DNA from: Nymphaea colorata
Lineage: Eukaryota
DNA: 64,000 nucleotides
Direction of reading: 5' to 3'
Assembly: GCF_008831285.2 (NCBI RefSeq)
Contig: NC_045138.2
Span: 4,340,001 to 4,404,000, forward strand
Below the pieces are notes generated by a model, which was not told where the DNA came from, made no database searches, and worked only from the letters and a program-made list of their open reading frames with translations. Shown here one piece after another: positions 13,520 through 27,258 of the stretch. The position numbers were made by a program, and so were the translations under genes. Positions within the stretch are counted from its first letter, which is position 1; every line of letters starts with the position of its first letter.

Positions 13520-13699
13520 ATGGACAGATTTCAGAACGTAAACAGAGGTTTAGAAGCTCCCCTCCAGTCCAGTCCACCAAAGAGGGGAAAAGTAAAGGCA
13601 AACATTTGGAAGAAGCTCAAGGCAGCAGTTTGCGGCAAGAAGGTTCATGCTGCAAAGTATTCTGGGTTGCCATCGTCCTCTTTGAAGGGTAAAAGTTGA
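13520..13699 (+). CDS. 59-aa basic microprotein of unknown function (PPKRGxVK motif)
   Basis: Hand translation: MDRFQNVNRGLEAPLQSSPPKRGKVKANIWKKLKAAVCGKKVHAAKYSGLPSSSLKGKS*. Strong ACCATGG context and upstream TATA. The motif resembles a PP(K/R)RGxxKxxI(F/W)xxL signature that I recall from uncharacterised short plant proteins (recollection, not searched). Confidence 0.65.
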   Translation: MDRFQNVNRGLEAPLQSSPPKRGKVKANIWKKLKAAVCGKKVHAAKYSGLPSSSLKGKS

Positions 13700-14877
13700 C
13701 AGATATTAAAAGAAAAACTCTCAAATACTATGTCCTTTATTTTTTCTTTTGAATGCATGTCTATATGGAATCTTAGTGAAAATTTGGTGATCCAACAAGA
13801 ATTGTGTGGCGCGTGCTTCTGTACTGCGGATTCTTGTAGAAAGGGTATGACTCTGTTCAAATCTTAGCAGATCATTGTATACAGTTCTATAGCTTAAGCA
13901 TAAAATTGGGAAACTGGTCGAGTGAACTTTCTTTAAACGAACTGCCATGGCAAGTTTTGACAGATCAACAGGCTTTTCCGTATCTCATTTATCATCTTCC
14001 ATTTGAAAGTGACAGGATTTCTTGAGAATAGAGAACAGGGACAAAATGTTGCAAGAATTTTCTCTGTTATCCATCTTTTCTGGAAGAAAACCTATGAAGA
14101 AAATTTCCTGGCTTAGAAGGTTGACCATTGGGGTAAAAGGCCAACCTCCCCGTGTAGCTAATGGAGATCTAAGTCATAAGACATATCAAGAAGCAACTCA
14201 TAGGTTTTGAACTTGCGATGATTCACCGACTTGGCTACCTTAACATAAAACTGCCTCCATCAAAAGACGCGAGTGGTTGAGGAATTTCCTTCCTCTGCAG
14301 AAACAGGACAAAAGGAATTATCACAGAAGCAATCGAATCAATCGATGATGAAAGTCCTGAATGTAGTTTGATGCACAGCTGATAGTGGCAAAACTTAGAG
14401 ACTGTTATTAAGCAGATTGCAGAAAATTTTAGAGTCAGAACATCCTTGCAAGTAAACATGACAAGCTGACTCTGAGAATGAACTTTAAAAGATGGCATCT
14501 GTTCTCATTCTCAGACAAAATCTAGTCATTAGATTTTAAAATTGTCCGTGTCTCACTTTCCGAAATGAGGACTTAGTATGTTTATGAACGATTTCTTGAA
14601 TAATGGAAAAAACAGATGTGTGCCCTCCGGTGATGAAACAGTCCAGGATTTGATGATTCAAACTAAAGGTGGTCTTTGTAAGCTGGCTGCGTCTAATTTG
14701 GAGGCGGGATGATAATTATGTGGTTGACAGTGACTCCCTGCTTTTCAGTATCTTTGGTTATAGCTTATCGTCTTCTCACGTGTAACACAATAAGCTGATC
14801 GCCAGCAACAATGGATGGAACTGTCACTGCAGCCACCACCGTAGGTTCCCATGAAAGCTTTAGATGCAAGTGGATTC

Positions 14878-14933
<56 letters not shown>

Positions 14934-17618
14934 TTATAACTCCAAACCTCGTCCAACCATTGATTTTCTAAGAGTCATTCCCTGCCAATTAGGGTTGGAG
15001 TAGTAGAAATAGTTAAGTGTTCAAGTAGTAGAAAGCAGTGTTGTCAAGGTCCGCATGAATAAGCCGGATTGGTGGCAAATCAATTCAATACACCTATCCT
15101 CACGTGATACACTATTCATTTTAAAATATTTCATGTTTTTTTTTTTTTGTAGATCTTTTCATTTTTGTAATAATATACTTGGCAATTCTTAGCCGTTCAG
15201 CTAAATCACATCTTTTACTATTCGTCTTTTACTATTTGTAAAATATTTTAAAACTTTTTGTTTAAAAAATTATTTTGCCAACATTTTTCCTTCATTTGTT
15301 TGAATAGATAATATATTTGGTAATTCATAGCCGCCTCGGTTGCAAAATGGTCAACAGTCCACCATCCAGTCTGTCTCCACTCTGTTGGCATAATCTCATA
15401 AGAATCTGATTCACCATAGAATTTCTATATTTCCAACCAAGCTAGAATGCCTATATTTACTTTCGGAAAAAAATGATTGTAATAACGTTCAAGGCGCTAA
15501 GAGCCGAATGTCAACGATGCCAAGGTGAATATTTGCGCCCTGAATTTTACCATTATTTTGTAAATATGACATTCCCAATAGTGTAATTAATTTTCTATTT
15601 CTATTTTTTTTATCATAAACATGATAAAAACACAAGTCTTTCAAATCTTCAATGATGTAAACTGTACTGTTCTCTGACCACGGGCAATCAATGGCGTGTT
15701 CTTGAATGGTGACCAGCTTATAGGAAAACGTAAATTTTTTCTTTCATATGTAAACATGTCGAATAAGTTTGAAAATTTTCGAAAAAACGTGTTCAAAAGT
15801 TAGGTTGGAACGAACGTAAACTTTGGAATTGCCTAACTTATGGGCGAACAATATATGAAACAAATTCAAACATAAATGTGTTGTTAGTATAGCACCAAAA
15901 GTTGGGTACGCTTTTGTAAGATTTTACAGAAAAGCTTCTCCGAGAAGCAACGAAAAGGAGCAATGAATGAAACATTTTAAAAAAATGAACAGGACCACAA
16001 GCCTATCTAAAAGCCCTACGGGATAATGCGCATGCTTTGAACTCATTTTAACTCTTTATGCTGGGACTCCAAGCTTCTTATTAATTATTTTATAGTATCT
16101 TTCTGGTATTTGATTTGAGAATCATGTCAATTTTAAATTTCTAATGTACTGGATCAACATTCCAATCCTACCTGTAATGCATTTTTGCTGTCCCAGATCC
16201 AATACATTTGCAACCCATTCTCTCTCTCTCTCCCTCTCTCTCTGTCACAAGATCGGATGGACATCAGTTATCTGGATTTGTAACAAGAGCAGGAATGCAA
16301 AACTTGTGCCCAGTATGATCCATTATTACAAGGCTTTTCAATCAGCTCATGTTCATCCCTTTTCTCGGTACACCATTAGCAGCATTTGCTTCTCCCTCTC
16401 TGACCAGCTTGCATGTCAAAGAGGCCTGCTCCACGAAGCAAATGATAAAATAAAGGATCAAAACAGGAACCTGCTTCCTTCATAACTCCAGCTGATCCCT
16501 TCAGGAGGTGAGCTTGCCCACCCCAGAAACTAGCTTGAGTTTAGCAGCCAGGGATGCCAACTCTGTGCCAATCTCAGAAAGAGGGACCAGTGCTTATCAA
16601 CAAACACCCATTTACGCCACAGACTGGCTCCCTGATGCAAACAGCAAAGGCATCAACATGAGATCAACACTACAGTTCAAGTAAATTGATGGTTCCACTT
16701 TGACAGCATGAAAGGAACTATTTGCACGAACCTCCTTGGCAGAAAAGTTCCATAAGCAAAAAGATTACCATCTCAAAGCTTCCACCTATGTAATTGCAAT
16801 TCAGCTTCTGCCAAGTCCTTCTGGGCTTTCTTCCTCCGATAAAATATAGGACAATCACGACTGTGAAAAGGAGATGCCATAATTAGCAATAATGATCATG
16901 TTTAGACTTTAGACATACATGAGAAAATGATGCAGACCTTGTACAAAGAACATCTTGGTGTAGAGATCCTTGGCATATTTGACACTCTGTCCATAGTCTA
17001 CCAAACTGTACCTCTAACTCTCTCACTGCAAAGCCAAAGCCAAATATAAAAGTAAAAAAAAGCTGGAGGTGAACACAAGTCATAGTTCTCTCGCAGTAGG
17101 TACCGTTGGAAACTGTTTTACTGTACAGCTCAACTTCTCTTACCTTGCAGTGTATGCAAATTGTTTGCTCTGCATTACTGCCAATATAGAAAAGAGAAAA
17201 GGCTCATCAGCTGCATATCAACGCCGCATGAATGGTTGCTATTCAATAGAGTCAACAGAAAACAATACTACAAAGGCAAATCATGAAGACATAATGTCTA
17301 AGAAAAAAATTGCCTATAACACTTAAAAAAATTATGTAGATTCAGCCTAAATGCACCAAAGGTATGTGAGAAAATCGCATTCCTGCAACTTCATATGAAC
17401 ATGAGAAACCATGTAATCTACGTCGCATGGCACTTTAGTACGGTCCCCATTCCAGTGTTGCCATAACAACACAGCAAACAGGGTCCTTGGACACACCTCA
17501 GTAATTTTTGGATAGAAACCGATCCAAATTGGTTACTTTAACTAGATTTAGCTTGTCTCTAACTCAGTTTTCATTCTGTTTTTGTGAGTTATTGGTCATT
17601 AACATGTAGTGTTTGAGG

Positions 17619-17655
<37 letters not shown>

Positions 17656-17828
17656 GAGGTGAAATCCTCCAGCCATCCAGATCTTCATCCAATCATGTCC
17701 CTCGATGCAATGCATCGAGCAGATGTGCTTAAACACACAGCTTGATGAAGTGCATCAGGCAGTATGCTGTTAGAGGCTGGAGGATTTCTCCGTCCAAACC
17801 CAAACAAAGAAATCTAAGAACCCTATAC

Positions 17829-17861
<33 letters not shown>

Positions 17862-18385
17862 CACAAACACACCCCCATACCCACATCTCCGTACGAGTAC
17901 CCAAACCCCAACCATGTAACTTAGCATGTAATGCTTAACCAACAAAGTTACAGACCAATCAACTCGAAATGCATGTGGTTTGACCTACAACAACATAGAA
18001 GAAATTTCATAGCAGGCAAGCTGCTCAAACATCATCATCTCATTATAAGTACCAGTCACTTGTACATCACCACTAAGCAGAATGTCAGACTCTGGTGCTT
18101 CATTTCAGGGCAAATTAAAGTGTGCAACATCAAAAATTTATTTGCACTGCAACAAAAAACCAGTCAGCTACCTGATTGGAGTCTTGCAGCCAATACAGCT
18201 AAGTTGCTTCTTTGCAAATTTCATTATACCACTATTTGAAGGAGTTGAGATGGAAATAGCTCTTGTGTGACTGCCATGAAGAAGCTCCTCTTCTGCATTC
18301 TTCAAAATTGGCTCGAATATTCTCAAGAGAGGCTGCAAGACAAGAATAAAAGGTGCGTGAACTTTTGAGAACAGAGCATGCGAAC

Positions 18386-18387
<2 letters not shown>

Positions 18388-18432
<45 letters not shown>
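18388..18432. repeat. (AG)n microsatellite in a POLD1 intron
   Basis: Perfect dinucleotide run. Confidence 0.95.
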
Positions 18433-18436
<4 letters not shown>

Positions 18437-21400
18437 ACCTTACTAATTTGATTCTCAAGATAGTATTGATGATCTATAGGAATATTATTCTCCAACACAA
18501 ATATAGGATCCTCTGATTTTTCATAGGCCTGTTTAGCACCAGAGCAGTGTTCCCAAATGAATCAGATCTTTCACATCTATCAGATAGTTCTCAAGTCCAT
18601 CAGACTAAAATCTACCTTAGCACCTTTAGCAGCTTTAATAATTACATAAGGAACCCGATCACCAACATTTGGTGCAGTTGCAGCATCTCTCTATCATCAG
18701 AACCAAAGTGTCAGATGCAACTAATCATGTCCCCAAAGCACAAAAACAACCAGCATGATTGAACACCTTACCATGGAACCACTATGAAACAAATTGAAAA
18801 GTACAGACTATTTACAATCAAATCCCAAGGCTACAATATCAAAGAGATCACTTTTAGATTAGGGTACTCTATCACAACCAATAACTGAATAAAGTAGTTC
18901 AGACTATGGTAATCAGGCAAGCCATAAGGCAGTTGCATAAACAACACAAAGTAGCTGCTAGCTTGAAAATTTAAAGTACCAGAAGGACACAGACAGTATA
19001 ACCCCATGCTGCACGCAAGCAAAAAGGAGGGAGAAAGAGAGTCCATGCGGATTTGGTCAATGGATGCAACAACAATTTCCTTAGCCATTAGGTTTATCAA
19101 ATCCCTGTCTAGATCCATGAAGGTGTTTGCAATTTATTTAGCTCCAAAAAGATGTATCTCAACTTTCACCCATGCGCTTTTGCCCTTTAACCATTATGGT
19201 TTAGGGTTTAGAGCACTTAAGAATAATAAACAGAAATTTCCAGAAAGTGGATTTTTGTTCTGGAAAACTCCTAATTTAATTTGTAAAAGCAAGAAAACGC
19301 CCATGATCAAACCATCAATATTTGAACCTAAGTCCATCGAGGTTTCCAGAGTTACTATCAGTGTCCTACAGCTGTAGAACACTAAAAGTTAACATCAGTA
19401 TTTGCGAAAGAGACTTCAAGATGTTCAATATATTCTGCCCTTAATTTCAATCAAGTAACAAATTCCTCCTGAGATCTTGTTAACTCATCAGAAGAAATTG
19501 TTAGGCATGATCCACTAGGTTTCAGTTTACGCAAGAATCAGATAACCATCTTAAGCACGTCATGCCAAAAAATTATTGTACGAACGGCATGACTTGCACT
19601 GTGCTAATAAAAAGGAGAAAAAAATACAGCAAAAAGGCTTTGTTCTGAGACTTTGAGACCCATTAGGAAATTGACATAGAAAGGAGACAGATTATTTCAC
19701 ATGAACAAGAAAACCAAAAGATTAAACTAATAACCATAGAATCACCTAACCCCCATGCTCATCACTAGCACCCCTTGTAAGCCTCTTGTTGTTTAATAAA
19801 AAACCATAGAGTTGCTAAAATTGTGTGCTGAACTAGATTTAATTTGAAAAGACAAAATTTAAGGAGACATATCTTCTGGGAACATGTGAAAAATGATTGA
19901 AAGAAGAAGGTGCTACAGAAGTTTCAACCAAAATTCAGAACATAACTTTTGGTAATTTACCTTGCGCATGCGTTCAGCAAGTTCAACATGTGCAGCCTTC
20001 ACCGCATAGGCATCTCCAGTTTTTGTCAAGCCCTATTAGCCATCATATTTAACCCCTAAAAACTATTAAATCATCCAGACCAAAAAATTCACACGAGTTT
20101 ATTGTGACAGCAAATAAAGCATATGATACTGGTTGGCAGTTATTAGTAGCCACCAGCCACACAGGTAATTCACAATTAGCTGTGTCTCAAATTGCCCAGT
20201 CTAACAACTGCAGAGGAGAGGATCTCTGAAGTAGAAAACCACCACTAAACCAGAGACACTAGTTCCCGTGCCCATATACCTCATAGTGAGACATAGATTT
20301 TAGACGCCAGTTAAAATAAGAAAAAGCACTAACCTTTGTTATCACCAAAAGAGACAAATCCATGCGATTCAATAGAAGATCAGCTATTGTGTTTTTAACA
20401 TACTTAACAGCAGCTGGAATGTCCCGTTCAATCAGTATTTTATGAAGGCATCCATTCACCAGGTTCTTTACCAGAAGACAGTTGTCTCTTCTAACTGTTT
20501 CAATGCCTGCTCCATGCAACTTGGCAAAATTAATAAGGAAAATAGAGGAAAATAGTAAGTCTAAAATATCCAGATCAAACCCACCCTTTGTGTCCATCTT
20601 ATCATATTTTTCTGGTTTTGTCCACAGAAGTCCTGCATACCTCTTCTTACTGATAAGAAGATATGGATAATACACTTACTTTCTCAAACTCCAGCTTGAT
20701 GGGCTAATAGTCAACGCAAACACAAAAATGCCATCCATCAAATTTCTATATTGCGATTGTAATATAAACTTGGTATAAGTAATTGACAATATAGTAGAGA
20801 TGAGGATAATCATTGTGCTTATATAGACCAAGATCCACTTTAAAATAGTTATCTAGTCTCACTTTACACAATTTTATGCTCTTCAAAACACATCAGTTAA
20901 TTCATAACCAAGGAGTTGTTTATTTATATATATATATATAATTTTCACTGAATTGCAAAGGGACGTCAGTCAAAGTTTTATCCAGTTTTTTGTTATGAAG
21001 TACACACAGTTTCCATGCTGGGCACCAAGTTAATCATGGAAAAAAAGGACGTTCAACACAGATAAACTTATGAAGAAATATCTGGGATCCACTCTTCTGA
21101 AACAATTAACATTGAAAGCTAAAAGACGAACAAAATTTTTAGACAAAGGTTTTCCTCCTTGAAGAGATAATCAATTTTTCAACAAAATCAGCCCTTCTGG
21201 AAAAAGTATTCCCAGGCCAAAATGTAGCTATGTTCAAGTTATGTGAAAACAAAAAGGAAACACATCTATCATGTACTTTTTTGCAATAGAAAGTAAAATT
21301 TCTCCTACAGCACCTACAAAGTTAAAAACTGAACCAAGCTGCTGATTAAGCTACCAAGTTTAGCATTAAGGCATCCAATTTCTTAGTTCTTAGTTGGCAA

Positions 21401-22841
21401 AGAAAATAAAAATATTACTCCATGTAGTAGTTTCAAGATAACCACATACAGAGGGTTATCCAAAATTGATAGAGGAAGTGGAAAATATAACAGGTTCGGG
21501 CATTCAGGGTAGTTTTCTTCTGAGTACTTATGAACCCTATAGACCATATCTGTAGGTGGTCAAAGACTCTAAAACAACTCCCTGGGATATCCTGCACTTG
21601 GGAACAAGGGGAAAATGAACCTGGTGATACTTCTGTTTTTCACCTCCACCAATAAAAATAGGAAGCTAATGCCATGCATACCTTCGTGAATGTGTCGCTG
21701 ATATACTCAGCCCTCTCTACCTAATTTCATTGCAGCATCTACAGTTGGTACTCCAAACTGTACCATGACTGAATCGGTGTCTCCATATACAACCTGACAT
21801 TAAAGGGTTTGTTCCTCAAAAAGTTTCAGATATTTACTTGTACATCTGACTCTAAAAAGAATAACATTTTAGCCAGCATATGTAGCAGTCAAGAAAGCGG
21901 AAGAAAAGGTACCTCAGCATTATGCTCATAGCCACCTTTAGTAGTAAATCGTGCCTCAACTAGCTTCTTGGTTTCCTCTATCATCTGACGACCTCTGTGA
22001 TGTTCAGAACACTATTCCGTGAGGCTAATGAGTTACATCAATGAATGCTTTACACGTCCATTTAATTGCAGAAAATAGACAAATCTTGCACATTCACAAG
22101 TAGGACATAGACAGTATGAAATTGATCTCACATATTACCATAGCTGGTCACACTAGAAGATATTTCTAGACAAGGCAGCTGCCCAACAGTAGCTCCAGTA
22201 AATCCATAGACAGAGTTTGCACTGACCCAGAATTTCCGGTTTCATAGTGTCAAACAATATGAAGCATTACAAGATCATCAAGACCCTTCTAAAAATTATC
22301 TTGCACTATATACATTTAAAATTTTAAAAAAATAAGGAATCTGAAAAAAGGAAATTTCCAAGCAATACCTTTAAAGCCAGCTGGCGACCATCCAACACAG
22401 CCCTCTCAAATGGATCTTTGGCTTCCTGAAACATAGTGTAAGATACTGTAAGGGACAAAGAACTAGATTGCCTTGTGAAATTCATTACATAGTACCACAT
22501 GAACATATGAAAGAAAGACAGCATATGTCAACTATCAAACCTAATATTTCTTTTACTTTGTTCGTTAACAAGATATCTGCAGCCAAGTTTGTGGTTTTCT
22601 AAAGATTTCCCTTTGAATGGGGAAACAGCTCCCATGGTTGAGATTTGAGAGCGTTAACAAGATATATGCAAAAAATTCATTTGCCGAAGAAAACAGGAAA
22701 ATTCGTGTTTCTTTAAAAAAAGGAAAACATGAAAAAGACACAAAAAAAATGCATTCTTCTTGTGTATTTTTTTATGCGTACATGTTTTTTGGAATTCGGT
22801 GGCATAACTTCTAATATTTGAAAATCATAATGGCTTTGAAA

Positions 22842-23587
22842 CTTAGTTGTCAGGCGACGCCTAGGCATGGACTAGTCGTCTGTCTACATCCCATGCCAAA
22901 GTCCATCACTTAGGCATGGGGGTTGGGTTTGGCATTTAAGCTGGACTAGGCATGCTGGCGCCTATTTGGGTGACTTCCTCTAATACTTTATTTGTTTTGC
23001 TTTCCAAGACCTGTTATCCCTTGAGTTTAGTTTAATTTTACTGTAGGGAGTCTGATTGACCCAGTGATTGCAAAATTTATGTTGAAAACAAAGAATTTTT
23101 GCTACAAGTAACTCAGAAAATTACAATTTGTGCAGAAATTAGATTGCTTACAATGTATATCATTTACCTGAATTGATTGAGTTAGTAGACAACTTAAGTC
23201 AAAGTCATGTAGGCGTCTTTCACAGTCTTCCAAATTTGTTCATATTCAGTTGCCATCTACCATAGGTACAGTTTAAAGAGCACTGATTTCAAAGTAAGTA
23301 TTATTTTGATTATTTTATGTTTCATGTATGATGTATATTGTTTAGAGCTCAGTTTCAGTTCTCCAATAAGAAGTCTATCATCTGGTTTATTCTTCACTAA
23401 GCTTTTTCCTCTCCTGTTTTACAAGTTGATTTTGACTAATCCTAACTTACTAACATGGTAGCTTAACACATAAAACATAAAGCTAACATTTTAGAATTAA
23501 AAATAACTAAACAAAATTGCAACAACTTTTGGACACCTTTTTAGGGTAGGCACACCTAGGCAGCGCCTAGCCACCTTGACAACTAAG
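22842..23587. mobile_element. Non-autonomous hAT element (same family as 25723-26708)
   Basis: TIRs CTTAGTTGTCA-GG ... CCTTGACAACTAAG, subterminal GCCTAGG motifs, degenerate 8-bp TSD ctttgaaa/ctttaaag. Confidence 0.75.
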
Positions 23588-24757
23588 CTTTAAAGTAAAA
23601 AAACGTTAAAAAAAAGGTCGACTTCATCGATCATGCCTGAATCGATTTATTTGGGGAGGAAGGAGCTGGTGCGTTCTTGGGTTTTGGAGAAGACAAGTTA
23701 TGCCGTGGGAGTTGGAGAAAACAACTTCTGCTCACTCAGTCCATTGAGGTAGGCAACAGATTTCATTCTTGATTTTCTTTCTCCGGTCTTATCCAAAGTT
23801 TAAATCTCCTCTTCCCCATCTCTCTTTCTGTTTGTTCTCCTCCCATCTCTCTCGATTTATGTCCATTCTTTTCCTCACCTCTCGGTTTCTGCCATTGCTC
23901 TGCTGGGTTTCCAGTTTCCACACAACCAGTGCGTCTCTCAGTCTCTCTCACTCCTTGTTATGTACAGTATTCTTTTCTAGTTTTTAATCTCCCACGTTCT
24001 TATGCTGATGGGATACATGTTCAATGGACTGCACACATCGTGTTGAAGCATGTCCATTAATTTTACTGCATATTTTGAACTTCACCGTGATTACTAGGTT
24101 TGTCACATGGGTGCTCACCACGCTGCAAATTTTCTGCTACACAAGAAATCAGGTGCACACTGGGTGTGCAATGCTGTTGATAATTGATGGTTATTGTGGG
24201 TCAGAAACACAATTACTGGCAAAGAAGCAGATGAAATGTGCTTTATTTTCCTAGTGGGACCAAGAGAACTTTCTAAATTATACAGGAAGGCAGTGTTTAA
24301 TAGAAAAATGAACTTCAAATTTCTATAATAATTTGCCGGACAAACTTGAAGATGTTCAGGACTACAAAGAAGCTATTGATGAATCAAAGATACAAAGTGA
24401 ATGGCAGCAACAATTCTAGGTAGCATTTCAAGGTAAGAGGAAAAATGCATGCCTTCAGGCAGTACACTGCAAGCCGCCTCCTTGTCTCTGCGTTCCCGTT
24501 TTGAAGATCAGAAATTATTGAGTGGTGAACATCCTCTTTCTGTTTCCAGTGAAAAGTAAAATCATATGCATAGATATTCTCAACCATAAGATGACAAAAT
24601 GGAAAATTTGAAGTTCAGATGTGTTCACATACTAGAATATGTGTAATTAAATAACTAAATCATGCATATCTTATAACAAAATGTAAACAAAAGAAAAAGA
24701 AGTCATTGAATGAATGCCCATCTATGTGTGTGCATTCAAGTGGTATATGGTTGAGAA

Positions 24758-25432
24758 CAATGTTGTAAAAGGTGTGGTGTAATGCCTATCAATTGGGCTG
24801 ACCTGTACACTATATCATAACGTACTATAAGTCTATAATGTATGGTAAATGTATCATAAAATTGATTTTTTTAATTCATGAAAAACTAAGAAAAAAACAA
24901 GAACAATTATGAAAAAAGTGTTCCATATAAAAAATTCATTACACGTAATGACCATGTTACATCATTCATAAGCCAGATATGTTAATAACACATTAAGAAA
25001 ATAAAATAATATGTTCATAAAAAAATGGTAAACTTTAGAAAAAAAATAAAAATATATGTAAATTTTAAAGTTGAGAAATTGTATATGGAGAAAAAACAAA
25101 AAACGCCAAAGCCCTCTTTTCCAAACACGAATGGGTTTTCCACCAGTGATTTTCCTTCAAATCGATGATTAATTTGGCAATTTCTCTCTAAAACCAGGAA
25201 AAAAAAACTCCCTCCTAGAGCGCTTAGAAGTGTTAGCAACGGAGGGAAAGAGGCGGTTTTGAAAAAAAAAATGATCAAATGGGGAGTCAAGTCCCTTTTT
25301 TAAAAAATTACACCATATCGTAAGGTACCAGTCTATATACCTACATAAAAATGTGTATCGTAGGTGTATCGTACAGATTTTTCCGACCTATATGTTATTA
25401 TGTATCCGTATCATGTGATATGGATAACACTG
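24758..25432. mobile_element. Non-autonomous hAT element
   Basis: Ends CAATGTTGT ... ATAACACTG with 8-bp TSD gttgagaa/gttgagag. Confidence 0.7.
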
Positions 25433-25722
25433 GTTGAGAGTACTTAAGCTCAATGGCAAAAAACCAGTTTTCCGGCAAGCCTAGTCAATACGTAAGAAAG
25501 ACTAAAAAGGAAAATAAAAAGCAAAGCACTTAAGCACATGTATTTATGGCTATAATAATAAAAAAATTTGGAAATCTTGTAAACCATGATAACAAAAGAT
25601 ATGAAACAATTAAAAGAAACGAAAGGAACAAAGAGAAGGAAAATGGCATTCCTATCAAGAAACAGACGAAACCACTGCTAAAAAATATCTGCTCGTGTTT
25701 GCACTTTGCACACACCACAAAC

Positions 25723-26708
25723 CTTAGTTGTTAAGGCATGGACTAGCCCACGTCTAGGCGTGAGTCCACACCCGTGGCGCCTAGGCTGGACTAGGTGCTA
25801 GCACGCCTAGTCAGGGCAAGGTGAAAAGTCACCTTCCCTTCAAATTAGGTCCTGTAATTTTATTATACATTGTTATACCGTATATACTTATATTATATAA
25901 AGGTAGATTATCTGTTCTACAGTTTGTTGTACGTTAATTACATATTCTATATCAACTCATGAAGTGGAAGTTCCAGCCATATGTTAAGTACATATTCTAT
26001 AAAACCAATGAATTTCTGTATATATCTTATGTTCTCTAAAACATATTTTGTGCAACCGATCCCAGCCTTCTTACCCATGTTAAAACCTAGGTTTATGGTA
26101 AAAAGACCACCAGTTTCTCTTGTTTAATGCATGTCTAGTAAAAAGAGAAATACGTGAAGACCTCATTTTTGCAACCTGAATACGGATTTATTTTCTCATT
26201 TGTGAGGGTGTTTTGTATTACATGTATATTATATGTTATATGTACAATCTGCTGTAAACTTGTAATGTATATGGTACGTATTGATTTGATATGATTTTTG
26301 TTTGAAATGATTCAAATGAAATAGTTTATAAGGTCTATAACTGAAATAGTCTATAAGAAATGCAAACATTGTCCTGTATGTAAATAAGAATGATGTGTTT
26401 TCTTTTGTGTATCGAATTAAGGCATCAGTTGGAACAGAACAGCACAGTTTTTCAGTATGTCAACAAGCTGGAAATGTACTGTTAATCTGTCAAGTAAACA
26501 AGAACAGAGCAGTCCTTTATGTTTTACTTTTTGGCTTTACTTTCGAAGTATAATCATTCAATTAAAAACAGAACAGAACAATTTTTCAAGTTTTACTTGG
26601 AATAGAATCTTACAGTTCAGTCAGTAAGTACATAATTTTATTATGTAATGGTTAACATAACTAAAAAAACAAGAGCCTAGGCGCGCCTATTCTCGCTTAA
26701 CAGCAAAG
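25723..26708. mobile_element. Non-autonomous hAT element
   Basis: TIRs CTTAGTTGTTAAG / CTTAACAGCAAAG (11/13 complementary) and a perfect 8-bp TSD CCACAAAC (25715-25722, 26709-26716). Confidence 0.85.
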
Positions 26709-27198
26709 CCACAAACACTTTGAAAAGCAAACCAGAAAATCAAATAAAAATTTATTTGTTACAATTGCCATTAAGTTCGACATATAAACTCAACTGTCCC
26801 AAATTGAAGAGATTTGAGAAGGAGCAATGGTGGTCAAGAAAATCAAACAAATTGAATATAATGTATCAATGTTGTAAAGCGTAAACTGTCCATGAAATCA
26901 GTATGACTTAGACTGATAATTAAATACATAACATAACATATAGTAATGTACAAAACATGAAGTCAAGTTTTGGAGTTTTAAGCCTATAGTTTTGTTGGCT
27001 GATTGCAGTTTCCAACCATAGTTCAGGTGGAGGAGCAGAAAAGCAAATATATCTGAAAACTATTGGGAGGAGAATTGGTGGCCTTACTGTGTTTTCTATG
27101 TGTTCTGTATTCTTATTTATCCTTTAATCTGTTTTGTTTACGTTGATATACTGGATGTGTTAAATATATTCAACAGAAATTTATATTGGTTCTGTCTT

Positions 27199-27258
<60 letters not shown>

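Larger units (their letters stand above)
16773..24539 (-). pseudogene. POLD1: DNA polymerase delta catalytic subunit, partial duplicated intron-containing pseudogene
   Basis: Exons 5'->3': 24539-24453 ([29 protein letters not shown]), 22425-22369 (EAKDPFERAVLDGRQLALK), 22226-22139 ([29 protein letters not shown]), 21992-21913, 21793-21682 (VVYGDTDSVMV), 20703-20585 ([23 protein letters not shown]), 20506-20334, 20032-19961, 18690-18616 (GDRVPYVII), 18528-18439, 18332-18172, 17177-17104, 17025-16938, 16860-16773 (CysA CIGC..CIHC, CysB CQIC..C..C, stop TGA). Lesions: 2-nt deletion near 21711 giving TGA, 4-nt AAGT duplication near 20676, GG instead of AG acceptor at 22227-22228, no exons found for the DAYLP...DFASLYPS...KADLK segment, and no N-terminal exons found. 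Confidence 0.92.

Noticed and set aside
20259..20675. 138-aa ORF as a standalone gene
   Set aside because: It is two POLD1 exons read through an in-frame 78-nt intron.
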